A stretch of 64,000 bases of DNA. Origin: an uncultured Chloroflexia bacterium. GTDB taxonomy: Bacteria > Chloroflexota > Chloroflexia > Thermomicrobiales > UBA6265. The notes beneath the pieces were generated by a model, which saw only the letters and a program-made list of their open reading frames with translations, made no database searches and was not told the DNA's origin. The stretch is from assembly GCA_963724295.1 (NCBI GenBank), contig CAVRUC010000002.1, positions 256,001 to 320,000 on the forward strand, read 5' to 3'. The position numbers and the translations under genes were made by a program. Below are positions 49,217-59,021 of this stretch, one piece after another. How positions within the stretch are numbered: the stretch's first letter is position 1; each line of letters begins with the position of its first letter.

Positions 49217-50065
49217 CTACAACGCGACCCTTCCCGGCTCCAGATAATCGGCGAGGAATCCGCGCACCACCTCCATGTACCGACCGAACTGGTCACGGCG
49301 GATGTTGTGGCCGGCCTCCGCGATGTGCGCGATTTCAAGGTGAGGCACAAGGACCTTGAGCATCGCGGCACTCTCCTCGGTGACGATCGCGCCGAGCTCA
49401 GGGTCCGCAGTGACGAGCAGCGCCGGACAGGTGATCTGCCGCATGATCTCCGGCCAATCGATGCCCGCCGCGTTGTCCTGGTCCAGGACGCTGAGGACAT
49501 TCGGGCTGAATCGCTGTTTCGCGTCTGCCCAGGGTTCCAGGTCGGCTTCTGACCAGCCGGGTTGCTCCGCGCGCTGCCCGTCAAGCAGTTCCTCACGCGT
49601 TTTCCCCATCAGCCCGATGAACCGCTCCCGCATCCCGGCCAGGCGCTCTGTCGCCTCCGGCGTGGCGGTCCAACCCGTCCACCACGCGGGGGGATCTTCC
49701 AGCAGAATTGCTCCGGGCAGGTCCGGATAGGCGCCGGCGAGGACCAGCGCCGTGGCCGCGCCCATCGAGTGGCCGAGTACCGCCGGGCGCTCCAGCTCCA
49801 GCGCGGTGATGACCCCAGCAAGGTCATCTGCCTGTGCGGCCGGGTCATACCCACGCTCTGGCGCATCCGAGTGGCCGTGCCCGCGCGCATCGACCATGAT
49901 CGCGTCGTACTGCGGCGCCAGCGCCTCCGCCACCTGTGTCCAGCAGGGACCGGCGTCGGTCACCCCGTGCGCCAGCACGACAGGTGGCTTATCGCCTCCC
50001 GTCCGGCTGTAGTGGAGGCGAAGCCCATTCGTCTCGACATAGCCCGTTTGCCAGTCTTCCCTCAT
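49217..50065 (-). CDS. Alpha/beta hydrolase
   Basis: HGVTD, DARGHGHS, GHSMG, EAGHNI. Confidence 0.92.
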   Translation of the reverse strand: MREDWQTGYVETNGLRLHYSRTGGDKPPVVLAHGVTDAGPCWTQVAEALAPQYDAIMVDARGHGHSDAPERGYDPAAQADDLAGVITALELERPAVLGHSMGAATALVLAGAYPDLPGAILLEDPPAWWTGWTATPEATERLAGMRERFIGLMGKTREELLDGQRAEQPGWSEADLEPWADAKQRFSPNVLSVLDQDNAAGIDWPEIMRQITCPALLVTADPELGAIVTEESAAMLKVLVPHLEIAHIAEAGHNIRRDQFGRYMEVVRGFLADYLEPGRVAL

Positions 50066-50094
50066 GAGCCTCCTCCAGCTCGCCGCCTTACCGC

Positions 50095-51912
50095 CTACTC
50101 CCCCGTGACATACCAATCCGCCGCGTTCCAGAGCAGGGGTGTCCAGGCGCTCGGCCAAAAGCCGCCGACGTTGGCGCGCGCGGCCGGGAATGCCTCTTCC
50201 CAGTAGAGAAAGATGACCGGGACTTCCTCCAGCAGCAACGCTTGAATCTCGCCATAGATGTCCTGGCGTTGGGCGAAATCGAGGGTCGAGGCAGCGTTGA
50301 CGGTGAGAGCATCGATCTCGTCCTGAAATGTGTATGGGTAGAAGAACGCCGGCAGATTGCCACCGGAGCTGCCGGGGCTCACCGGGATCTGCGACGAGTG
50401 CCAGTAGAAGAGGTCGTCCGGATCGTTCGCGTTCGTCCAGGTGTAGAGACAGCCGGTCATGCGGTCTGAGAACTGGTAGCCGAGCGGCCCCCACAGATCC
50501 TCCGGCGGCGCGTACTGCGTCAGTGTGGAGACCCCGATCGCGTTCCACTCCGCGGCGATCATCTCCAGGATGGCCCGCGCCTGATCGTCGTCCTGTACCC
50601 CCCAAAGGTCGATCTCGAAGCGCTTACCGTTTCGCTGCCGCACGCCGTCGGCACCCGGGAGCAGTCCCGCCTCGTCGAGCAGACTCGCCGCCCGCTCCGG
50701 ATTGAAGGGGCGCGGCCGCAGCGTTTCGCTATAGGCCCACGACTCAGGAGATTGATCGGCGAAGGCCGGGATGGCGCGACCGGAAAGGATCTCCGCGATG
50801 ATCCGCTCCCGCGGCGTGGCGAAATCGAGCGCCTGCCGTACCGGTGTCTCCAGCAGGAAGTCCATTTGCTTCAGGTCGATATGCTGCCAGTTCATCGTCC
50901 CGTGCCGGAAGACGGTCAGTCCCGGAATCGCCAACGCATCGTCAACACGAGCTGGCGGAATTGCTCCGGAGCCCCCCGCGAGGTCGATCTCGGTCGCTGC
51001 CAATGCGGCCACGAGGGCGTCGACATCGGGCAGCACGCGGTAGTCGATCCGCTCTAAATGGGCTGGCTCACCCCAGTAATCCTCCCAGCGTACTAGCGAG
51101 ACTCCGTCACCTGGATCCCAGCCGGTGACACGGAACGGCCCCGTGCCGACCGGGGCGCTGGCGAAGACCTCGCGGAAGGAAGCGACACCCTCGGCGAGGG
51201 CAGCTCTCGGGCAGAGATAGGTGGTGGCCACGGTCGAGAGGAACGGAGCGTACGGCTCGGTGGTGGTAATCACGAGCGTCGCCCCGTCTGAGAGATCGAC
51301 GCTCTCGATCTTTTGCCAACCGAGCGTGCTCAGCGCGTCGAACTCGCGTTCCTGGGAGAGCTCCCAGGCGGCGATGAAATCCTCGCCCGAGAACGGTTCT
51401 CCGTTGTGGAAGCGCACGTCCTGGCGCAGGGCAAAGGTGTAGCTCAGTCCATCCTCGCTAATCGAGAAGCCTTCGGCGAGAGCGGGAGCGAGTTTGCCCT
51501 CGGCCGTGTAGCGGAGGAGCCCGTCCATCACCCCCGCCAGGACGTCGAAGGCAGCAACGGTGCCGGCTAGCCAGGGGTGCAACGAGTCGGGCTGGTGTGG
51601 CGTGCCCACCTGCAAGCGACCGCCCGCGCGCGGCGTCTCAGCCGGGGCGGTAGGCCCCTCCGGACGTGCCGGTTGGCGGGCCTGAAACGCCGCTGTACGC
51701 GCCCGAATGCCAGGCAGGGCAGCGATCAGCCCCGCGCCTGCCGCGCCCAGCATGGCCTGACGGCGGGTCAGCGCCGGGCCACTACGGAGTCGGGAGTCGG
51801 AAGTCGGAAGTCGGAAGAACCCACCTCCGCCGTCCGACCTCCGACTTCCGACTTCGCCGTCGTGCGCGAGGAAGCGCGGCCCTCGCGATCCCCAGGAAGC
51901 GTGTCCCGACAT
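50095..51912 (-). CDS. Tat-exported peptide ABC transporter substrate-binding protein (start uncertain)
   Basis: LTRRQAMLG; PALAE..SEDGLSYTF.LR..V.FHNGEPF; PVGTGPF; VRQAL. Confidence 0.88.
   Translation of the reverse strand: MSGHASWGSRGPRFLAHDGEVGSRRSDGGGGFFRLPTSDSRLRSGPALTRRQAMLGAAGAGLIAALPGIRARTAAFQARQPARPEGPTAPAETPRAGGRLQVGTPHQPDSLHPWLAGTVAAFDVLAGVMDGLLRYTAEGKLAPALAEGFSISEDGLSYTFALRQDVRFHNGEPFSGEDFIAAWELSQEREFDALSTLGWQKIESVDLSDGATLVITTTEPYAPFLSTVATTYLCPRAALAEGVASFREVFASAPVGTGPFRVTGWDPGDGVSLVRWEDYWGEPAHLERIDYRVLPDVDALVAALAATEIDLAGGSGAIPPARVDDALAIPGLTVFRHGTMNWQHIDLKQMDFLLETPVRQALDFATPRERIIAEILSGRAIPAFADQSPESWAYSETLRPRPFNPERAASLLDEAGLLPGADGVRQRNGKRFEIDLWGVQDDDQARAILEMIAAEWNAIGVSTLTQYAPPEDLWGPLGYQFSDRMTGCLYTWTNANDPDDLFYWHSSQIPVSPGSSGGNLPAFFYPYTFQDEIDALTVNAASTLDFAQRQDIYGEIQALLLEEVPVIFLYWEEAFPAARANVGGFWPSAWTPLLWNAADWYVTGE
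51786..51855. repeat. Inverted pair of heptamer arrays in the 5' region of the substrate-binding protein gene
   Basis: (GGAAGTC/GGGAGTC)x4 ... (CCGACTT/CCGACCT)x3. Confidence 0.85.
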
Positions 51913-52075
51913 CTCGGGGTGCAGTCTACCCGCCTCGCGAGGCACGCGGCGTGCGACAGGCTGCACGAGACGCGGTCGCGCCGGCGAGCCTTCCGTGCGA
52001 CACTCGCGTCAGGTGAGAACCTATCAGCATTGGCTCGAGCCAGCCACGAGGCAGTTCGACGAACGGAGGAGAGCA

Positions 52076-52357
52076 ATGGCCAACGATGGGGCCGCCAAGT
52101 CGGGGGCGGGACAGAAGCCAATGGTGCGGATCGAGTACTGCACCTCCTGAGGGTATCTGTCTCGAGCCGCCGGTCTGGCGGAGAATCTGCTGCACGATTA
52201 CGACAACCAACTGCGGGCCGTGACGATCGCCCCTGGTGAGACAGGAGCGTTCGAAGTCTTTCTCAACCGGAGAAAGGTCTTCTCCAAACATGCCCTGGAT
52301 CGCTTCCCTGAGGTGAACGAGGTCGAAGAAAAGATCGGCGAGCTGGTCGGGACCTAG
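52076..52357 (+). CDS. Rdx (SelW/SelT/SelH-like) selenoprotein, CxxU motif
   Basis: SD GGAGGAG; VRIEYCTS-TGA(52148)-GYLSRAAGLA...GAFEVF...VFSK...RFPE; open to TAG 52355; 93 aa. Confidence 0.88.
52151..52184 (+). promoter_or_regulatory. Bacterial SECIS-like hairpin
   Basis: CCGCC-GGTCT-GGCGG, G-initiated loop 21 nt after the UGA. Confidence 0.7.
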
Positions 52358-52500
52358 AGCCTGTCATGAACTTGGAAGGCTTTGGGAACCGATTGGACTT
52401 GAGCATCTCGATGTGCCAGGCGCCGAGATCGTAGCGGTCATAGCCCGCTCTGCGGCTACAGATCGGATATCCCGCGAGAGGACCGGTCAGCTACCAGCGA

Positions 52501-52683
52501 TTACCATCGTGGCTCGCCCCACGAGAGCAGCAACCATCCCAACCAGACGACCGAGATAACTGAGACGGTTACGCCGTAGCTCACCAAGACGATCCGCGAC
52601 ATGGGGAGCGCCTGGCGAACCATCACCGGCACGAGGAAAAGCAGAGCCAGGGCAGCGGTCAGCAACAGGACGTCTGGAACCAT
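52501..52683 (-). CDS. Small two-TM membrane protein
   Basis: Starts 1 nt after the GT39 stop; two hydrophobic segments. Confidence 0.5.
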   Translation of the reverse strand: MVPDVLLLTAALALLFLVPVMVRQALPMSRIVLVSYGVTVSVISVVWLGWLLLSWGEPRW

Positions 52684-52684
52684 G

Positions 52685-54613
52685 TCAGGTCACCCCGGCC
52701 GGTGGACGAGACGGCATCAGTGCCGGCGCGCCATCACTTGCCCCGCGACCAGGAGCGCAGTCATAGAGCTGGTTGAGGATGCCCTTCGCTTCTCGGTGTG
52801 GTAACGAACGGTCAGGTTGCCACGCATCCTTAGGAATCGGCGTGCAACTCTGGTTGATCCACGTCGCTGTCTTGTTTCTTCTGCGAACCGGCGTCTCCAC
52901 CAGAAAGAACCGCGCCGCGCCGTCATTGACGAGACCTGCCAGCCGAGACGTACTCAAGACCGGGTCGCTCCCTTTGAAGCCGCCTGTGGAGATCACCGGA
53001 TCGTTCGTCTGCAAGATCGCGTACTCGGCAAACTCCTGATCTGCGGAGGCGACCAGGTACCTGGCCGTGCCCTGATGGGACTGGAGATAACTGAGCAATC
53101 CCGCGGCGTCGTGATCAAACTGGGAAGACGCACTTCGTTCTCGTTTTGCCTGCGGACCGGCCGTCGGTGTGCGCGTCTCACCACCGTACCAGATGGTCGA
53201 GGCGGCCCAGAGGGACGGCGCGAGTAACAGTGACACCATTCCGGCGCTGACCGCCGCCGGCGCATAGTCCTTTCCCTTCAAACGTGGGGTTAGGCGAGCA
53301 ACCACGAGGCCGGCAATCGCCCCCAGACTCAGGACGACCATTACTGGACGTAGCCAGGCGTACCAATCCGCATAACCCGTCAGCGCCTGCGCTTGCACGG
53401 TGGTCGTCACTGCCAGCGTCACCGGCAAGATCCAGCATTGCCACCCCGGGGAGCGGTACGCGGTCCACAGGGCGACAACCCCGATCCCGACGAGTGCAGC
53501 GACAGCTGGAGCGAATACAGCGAGGTAGTGAGGATCCCAATCTCCCGCAATGCTGAAGAACACCCACTCTGTAATGAACCACGTTCCCCACAGAACGAGT
53601 GCCTGTTGGCGCCTGCTGAGCGGCAGGGGTCGGCGCTCCTGCCAAACCGCAACGGCCAGACCCGCGGCCGCCAGTGGCATGAGCCATCCAATTTGCCCGA
53701 CGAGCGGTTCGCGGAGGAGTCGCAATGGCCCCCGGTCGCCGACATCGACGTCCTGCCCGGTCAGGCGATTGGCGCCGTTGAAGCCTACGATGAGATCCAA
53801 CTCCGTGTTGTTCGAGCTTGTGCTGACGTAGGGGCGCTGGTCGGGCGGCGTCAGATCGACCGCCGTGGCCCAGGACAGCGACACCGCCAGCAGCACACCC
53901 GTGACCAGCGCAAGGTGGCCGATCCGCTTCAGCCAACTGACGGGGGCGGCAACCAGATAGAGCAGATAGCACGCAGGTAAAACGAGGAACGCTTCCAACA
54001 TCTTGATGTTGAACCCGATACCAACCAAGACCGCGCCCAGAATGAGCCACGGCAACCGGCCGGTTTCCGCGGCGAGCACGAACGCCCACACAGCCAGGAG
54101 GATGACCGGAACCAATAGGCCCTCGAGGTTGTTGTGACGGCTGATAGCGACGCTTATCGGGGTTAGTGCCAGCGTGAAAGCGGCAAGCAGGCCAGCCACG
54201 GGTCCCATCGCTCGGCAAACGAGGTGATAGAGCAGACCAACCGAGAGAACACCCGCGATCGCTTGGGGCAGCAAGATGCTCCACTCATGGAAGCCGAACA
54301 CTTTGGCGCTGGCTGCCTGGATCCAAAACCCTAACGGCGGCTTGTCAACCGTCACAAATCCCGCATCGAAGCTCGCGAAAAAGAAATTGTGCCAGCTAGT
54401 GAGCATGTTCTTGACGGTGGCGGCATAAAAGGTGTTGCCGTACCCCTCGCGTGTCAATTGGAATAGATTTAGAAAGGCGGATAGACCCACAATGACCGTC
54501 AATGCCAGGTGCTGCCAGAACACGGCTGCCTGCACCCGTACCTGCGCGGGCCGGTCCTGTTCGCGATGGGATGGCGGCGCTGCGGTGGTAGTGCCGGAAA
54601 CGCTCATCCGCAA
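52685..54613 (-). CDS. GT-C fold (family 39/ArnT-like) glycosyltransferase
   Basis: GYGNTFYAA, TVDKPPLGFW, GFNIKML, many TM helices. Confidence 0.88.
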   Translation of the reverse strand: MRMSVSGTTTAAPPSHREQDRPAQVRVQAAVFWQHLALTVIVGLSAFLNLFQLTREGYGNTFYAATVKNMLTSWHNFFFASFDAGFVTVDKPPLGFWIQAASAKVFGFHEWSILLPQAIAGVLSVGLLYHLVCRAMGPVAGLLAAFTLALTPISVAISRHNNLEGLLVPVILLAVWAFVLAAETGRLPWLILGAVLVGIGFNIKMLEAFLVLPACYLLYLVAAPVSWLKRIGHLALVTGVLLAVSLSWATAVDLTPPDQRPYVSTSSNNTELDLIVGFNGANRLTGQDVDVGDRGPLRLLREPLVGQIGWLMPLAAAGLAVAVWQERRPLPLSRRQQALVLWGTWFITEWVFFSIAGDWDPHYLAVFAPAVAALVGIGVVALWTAYRSPGWQCWILPVTLAVTTTVQAQALTGYADWYAWLRPVMVVLSLGAIAGLVVARLTPRLKGKDYAPAAVSAGMVSLLLAPSLWAASTIWYGGETRTPTAGPQAKRERSASSQFDHDAAGLLSYLQSHQGTARYLVASADQEFAEYAILQTNDPVISTGGFKGSDPVLSTSRLAGLVNDGAARFFLVETPVRRRNKTATWINQSCTPIPKDAWQPDRSLPHREAKGILNQLYDCAPGRGASDGAPALMPSRPPAGVT

Positions 54614-55089
54614 GCAATCCCCTCAGCTTTCTACAGGCGTCCGTCTCAGTGCCCGGCGGTGCATTCCTCGCTGATTGCCAGAGCCTCCGTGACGCTCTGG
54701 TTCGGTCGCTCGTCTAGCTGCTTTATGGTGCGGGAGCCATAGGAAGCGGTGATCTACCGGCTGGATGCGGGAAGAAATTCTGAAACGCGGCTAGCCATGT
54801 TGGCCGCGCTGTGGGATCTGTCGGTCCGGCGTGTTCATGAGTGTACGTGGTCGTCATGAAGTTCGCATGAAGTCCTCACGGCGACCATCGAATACGCCGC
54901 TTCCAGAGGATCTCTGATCGCGGTGACCGCACCCAATAGGTCCGCGCTGCAGCGAGTTCGACGAACGGCGTCATGCGTCAGTTGATAGAATCGGTACGCA
55001 CGGAAAACGCGGTTTATCGACTCCATCGTGACGGATCGGAACCTGGCATCATCGGCGACGTGCCGGGTCAGCAAGGGAGGCTCACTTCT

Positions 55090-55968
55090 ATGGCACGCGC
55101 GCGGCGATGGGCGGCTCTGGGAATTCCGGTGGCGGTACTGGTGGTGCTTGTGTCGATGAGCGCCCCACTGGCACGGGGCCAGGAAGCGGAAGACGCCCCG
55201 CACCCGGCCCACATCCACTCGGGAACCTGCGATAACCTCGGCGACATCGTCGCTCCCCTCTCCGACGTCACCGAGCTGACCGCCGGCGAGGTCTTCGGCG
55301 CCCCGACCGCCGTGCTGGTCAAGGAGAGCGAGACCGATGTTGCCTTGCCCCTCGGCGATATCCTGTCCGCTCCACATGCGATCAACGTCCATGAGAGCGC
55401 GGAGGCGATCCAGAACTACATCGCCTGCGGCGATATCGGCGGTCGCGTCATCGACGGCGATCTGACCATCGGGCTGCGCGAGCTCAACGACTCAGGCCAC
55501 CATGGCGTTGCCGTACTCGCTGGTGCCGACGATGGAACCGCCGTGAAGGTCTACCTGGCCGAGGAAGGAACCGGCGCCGAACCCGAGCAGGACGCGGCCA
55601 TCGACGCGGCTCCGGCGGCCACCGATGCGGCGCCCGCCGCAACCGACGCGCCGGCAACAGCGGCTCCCGCGGAAACGCCAGCGGACGCCGCTCAGGTCGC
55701 CGAGACCCCGGCCGCCGCAGAGGTCGCTGTCGATATCCGCGATTTCGCCTACAGCCCCAATCCGATCGAGATTGCCTCCGGCGACACGGTCACCTGGACG
55801 AACCAGGACGAGGTGCCGCACACCGCGACCGGCGAAGATCGCGACGTGCTGCAGTCCGGCACCATCTCACCCGGAGCCAGCTTCAGCCAGGTCTTCCCGG
55901 AGGCGGGTGAGTTCGGGTACTTCTGTGAGTTCCATCCGAACATGACGGGAACAGTCGTGGTGCAGTAG
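55090..55968 (+). CDS. Exported protein: HPAHIH..GxC domain plus plastocyanin-like cupredoxin
   Basis: Signal peptide; HPAHIHSGTC..HAINVH..YIACGDIGG; VPHTAT...YFCEFHPNM. Confidence 0.85.
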   Translation: MARARRWAALGIPVAVLVVLVSMSAPLARGQEAEDAPHPAHIHSGTCDNLGDIVAPLSDVTELTAGEVFGAPTAVLVKESETDVALPLGDILSAPHAINVHESAEAIQNYIACGDIGGRVIDGDLTIGLRELNDSGHHGVAVLAGADDGTAVKVYLAEEGTGAEPEQDAAIDAAPAATDAAPAATDAPATAAPAETPADAAQVAETPAAAEVAVDIRDFAYSPNPIEIASGDTVTWTNQDEVPHTATGEDRDVLQSGTISPGASFSQVFPEAGEFGYFCEFHPNMTGTVVVQ

Positions 55969-56018
55969 GGGCGGAACACTCGAGGAGTCGACCAGTCGAG
56001 CAGTCGAGGAGACTGACG

Positions 56019-56864
56019 ATGAAGAGGTCCCACGCCGGCATCACCATTGTGGCCTTGTGCCTGGCATCCCTCGCGGGTTCGTTCCTGGACGGCTCGGGTA
56101 GCCGGGCTCAGGAGGCGTCACCCCCACGACCGTCGCACATCCACAGTGGAGACTGTGACGAGCCAGGGGCGGTAGTGCAACCGCTCAACTCGTTGACCGT
56201 GCCAGTCGGGCCGGTCTCCGGCAACAGCGACGCGGTCATCGCGGAAGCGGCGTTCACCAGCATTCCGCAGCCGCTCGATGACCTGCTGGCGGAGGACCAT
56301 GCGCTCAAGGTTCACCTTTCGGCGGACCAGATCCAGACGTACCTGGCGTGCGGAGATATCGGCGGTGCGGCGGATGCCGACGGCGCGCTGATCGTCGGCA
56401 TGAAGGAGCTGGACGATTCCGGGTACGCGGGGATCGCCTACCTGGTCCCGGCCGCCGACGGGTCGACCAGCGTCTCGGTGATGATCGCCCAGGTCGTGGG
56501 TGACGAGGCAGACGGAGCCATCTCCGAAGCGGCGCCAGCCGGCCAGGCCACTCCCGCCGCGAGCGACGCAACCGAAGCCTCGCCGCAGCTCGTCGATGTC
56601 AGCCTCACCAATTTTGCAATCGACATGCCGACGGAGCTGCCGGCGGGCCCTGTCCGGTTCAACATCGTCAACAACGGAGCCGCCCCACACAGCTTCGTGC
56701 TTGAAGGGGAGGGCATCAGGAAGACGCTCGCCAACACCCTGCAGCCAGGAGACTCGGCCAGGCTCAACGCCGAGCTCGCCCCCGGCGTCTACACGATCTT
56801 CTGCCCGGTCGGTGAAGGCGCGCACCGCGCGCAGGGGATGGAGCTGGAGTTGTCGGTACGTTGA
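56019..56864 (+). CDS. Paralogous exported protein: HIH..GxC domain plus cupredoxin
   Basis: RPSHIHSGDC..HALKVH..YLACGDIGG; APHSF...FCPVGEGAHRAQGM. Confidence 0.85.
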   Translation: MKRSHAGITIVALCLASLAGSFLDGSGSRAQEASPPRPSHIHSGDCDEPGAVVQPLNSLTVPVGPVSGNSDAVIAEAAFTSIPQPLDDLLAEDHALKVHLSADQIQTYLACGDIGGAADADGALIVGMKELDDSGYAGIAYLVPAADGSTSVSVMIAQVVGDEADGAISEAAPAGQATPAASDATEASPQLVDVSLTNFAIDMPTELPAGPVRFNIVNNGAAPHSFVLEGEGIRKTLANTLQPGDSARLNAELAPGVYTIFCPVGEGAHRAQGMELELSVR

Positions 56865-56910
56865 GGGTAATGGGTGATGGGTGTCTTCAGACACCCATCA
56901 CCCATTACCC
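56865..56910. repeat. Long palindrome built from heptamers between convergent genes (possible bidirectional terminator)
   Basis: GGGTAATGGGTGATGGGTGTCT-tc-AGACACCCATCACCCATTACCC. Confidence 0.8.
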
Positions 56911-58146
56911 ACGACCCCCGTCCCGCGCTGCCCGCCACTCGGTCGCCAGCAGGTCGAACATCCGCGCGTTTTCGAAGCCGTCGGGTCCGTAGCCGCTCCA
57001 GGTGAACCGACCCGCGTCGCGGTAGCCCTGCTTGCGGAGTGCGGCCTGGGACCGCGGATTGCGCTCCTTGACCCACGACCAGATCATGTTCAGCGCCAGC
57101 CGCTCGAAGGCGTATTCGAGGAGCAGGAGCTTCGCCTCAGTGCCGTAGCCCTTGCCACGATCGGCGGCACGATAGAGCCAGCTCCCCGATTCCGCGGTGC
57201 GAGCGATCCAGTCGATGCTGTACAGACCGGTCTCGCCGATCAACTCACCGGTTTCTCGCAAGACGACGGCAAGCTCGACGTCCGGCGCCGGGTCCTTCTC
57301 GGCCATCTCACCAAACCAGTCCGCCAGCATGATCGCGCTGGAGGGGAATCGACCGTGGCCAAAGCTGGCATCAGGCTCCTGGCGAAAGAGATTCGCGATC
57401 GTTTCGGCGTCGTCGACCTGCATCGGGCGCAAAGCCAGACGCTGGCTGCCGATGAGCGAGTTCGGCGGCAGGGGTAGCTCCGCGTCGTGATCTCGCCGCG
57501 GCGCCGACGCCTTCGGCGTGGCCACGGGCTCGCCGGCAACGGCTATCCCGGGACCGGGATCGCCGAGCCGGGAGGTCCACACGGGGCTCAGGTATTCATA
57601 GAAGATCATGTCGTGGAGCCGGCCATTGCGCCAGACGCCGTCGCGCAGCCGGACCGCCGGCCGCATTCCCAGTGATTCCGCCGCTGCTGTTACCGGTTCC
57701 AGTCCGGCGTCAGTGGCGAGCACGACGACCGGCGAGTAGAGCTCGCCGGAGAGCCATGGCACCAGTTGCGTCAGGATCTCCGCCTGTACCAGCGCTCCGG
57801 CGGCGCCTGACGCGGGGTCAGCGTGCAGTGAGATGGACGTCGCGGTGGGATCCGACCCATCGAGGCGCGCTGATCCGACCGGGCGCCCGTCATCACGACG
57901 GCAGGCGATCAGGAGCGCCACCCGCTTCTCACCCTCGTCAGGGACGTTCTTCTTCAGCTGCTTTTCCGCTTCTGCGGCGGAGATCGGGAACGGTCTGGGT
58001 CGCCAGGCAGTTGCCCACTTAGCGTCGCCCAGCTCCGCCCCACGCAGGTAGATCGTGTCGCCGATCAGGTACGACTGGCCCTCCCCCGGCCGATTGATCT
58101 CGGCCGGGGACGCGTCCTCATCGACGCCGGCAGGCTTGCTGCTCAT
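56905..58146 (-). CDS. Tandem GNAT (RimJ/RimL-like) acetyltransferase
   Basis: Two GNAT folds; RGKGYGTEAK...NPRSQAALRKQGY. Confidence 0.85.
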   Translation of the reverse strand: MSSKPAGVDEDASPAEINRPGEGQSYLIGDTIYLRGAELGDAKWATAWRPRPFPISAAEAEKQLKKNVPDEGEKRVALLIACRRDDGRPVGSARLDGSDPTATSISLHADPASGAAGALVQAEILTQLVPWLSGELYSPVVVLATDAGLEPVTAAAESLGMRPAVRLRDGVWRNGRLHDMIFYEYLSPVWTSRLGDPGPGIAVAGEPVATPKASAPRRDHDAELPLPPNSLIGSQRLALRPMQVDDAETIANLFRQEPDASFGHGRFPSSAIMLADWFGEMAEKDPAPDVELAVVLRETGELIGETGLYSIDWIARTAESGSWLYRAADRGKGYGTEAKLLLLEYAFERLALNMIWSWVKERNPRSQAALRKQGYRDAGRFTWSGYGPDGFENARMFDLLATEWRAARDGGRG

Positions 58147-58892
58147 GGCGCCGTGGCCCCCGCGACCGCTGGCAGAAGCAGCAGCCGGCCGTAGCCAGGG
58201 ATTGGATCTTCGACGCCGATCTGGCGCAACGCGGCCCAGGCTCCGGCGAGATTGCTCGTTACCACCGGTTTGCCGAGCTGTCGCTCCAGCGATGCGATCG
58301 CCGGCAGGCAGTGGAAATTCGTGCAGGAGATGAAGACCGCGTCGGCCTCCGGCGTATCGACCCGCTCCACGAGGGAGACGGCATCCGCTGGTTCGAGCCG
58401 TCCGATCTCAGCGTCAGTCGCGCAGCCCAGACCGGCAATGCTGGCTACCGCGAAGCCACTCGCCTCCAGGAACTGGCGCTCGATGTCGTTGAGCTCTTCG
58501 AGGTAAGGCGTGGCGACAGCGAGCGAGGTGGCGTCCATGGCCTCGAGCGCGCCGAGAACCGCGGTGGTGGTCGTGGTCGCGACACGCCCGCTCGCCCGCG
58601 CGATGCGGGCGGCAACTTCGCGATCCCACCCGACACCGTGGACCAGACTTCCGGTCGTGCAGGCAAAGACGATGACGTCGACGTCCGTCCAGACCAGCAA
58701 TGCGGCGGCGCGCTCGAGCTGATCGCCTTCCAGCATCTCCGCCAATGCTGGAGCGGTGACTTCGCCCCGCGGCAGGACGATCGGAGCCGCGTAGACGGCG
58801 ACGCCGTCGGGCATCACCCGGGCGTACTCGGGCAGGACACTCGCATCGCTGGCCAGCGTGATCAGGCCGATACGGCCGCGTCTTCCGTACAT
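58143..58892 (-). CDS. Maleate cis-trans isomerase / Asp-Glu racemase family protein
   Basis: RIGLI, FACTTGS, ATPY, FISCTN, KPVVTSN. Confidence 0.88.
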   Translation of the reverse strand: MYGRRGRIGLITLASDASVLPEYARVMPDGVAVYAAPIVLPRGEVTAPALAEMLEGDQLERAAALLVWTDVDVIVFACTTGSLVHGVGWDREVAARIARASGRVATTTTTAVLGALEAMDATSLAVATPYLEELNDIERQFLEASGFAVASIAGLGCATDAEIGRLEPADAVSLVERVDTPEADAVFISCTNFHCLPAIASLERQLGKPVVTSNLAGAWAALRQIGVEDPIPGYGRLLLLPAVAGATAP

Positions 58893-58939
58893 GATGGCTC
58901 CCTTGCGAGGGTGTCGGGGTGATTACTCGCTTCGCTCGT

Positions 58940-59021
58940 GGTGGCAGGGTAGCAGGGTGGCGGGGTGTCTGGAGGTCTGTTCTCCCTGCCACCCTGCCAC
59001 CCCACGACCCTATCACCCTGG
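58940..59021. repeat. Inverted pair of octamer arrays (GGCAGGGT / ACCCTGCC)
   Basis: gtggcagggtagcagggtggcggggt ... ccctgccaccctgccaccccacgaccctatcaccctg. Confidence 0.7.
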
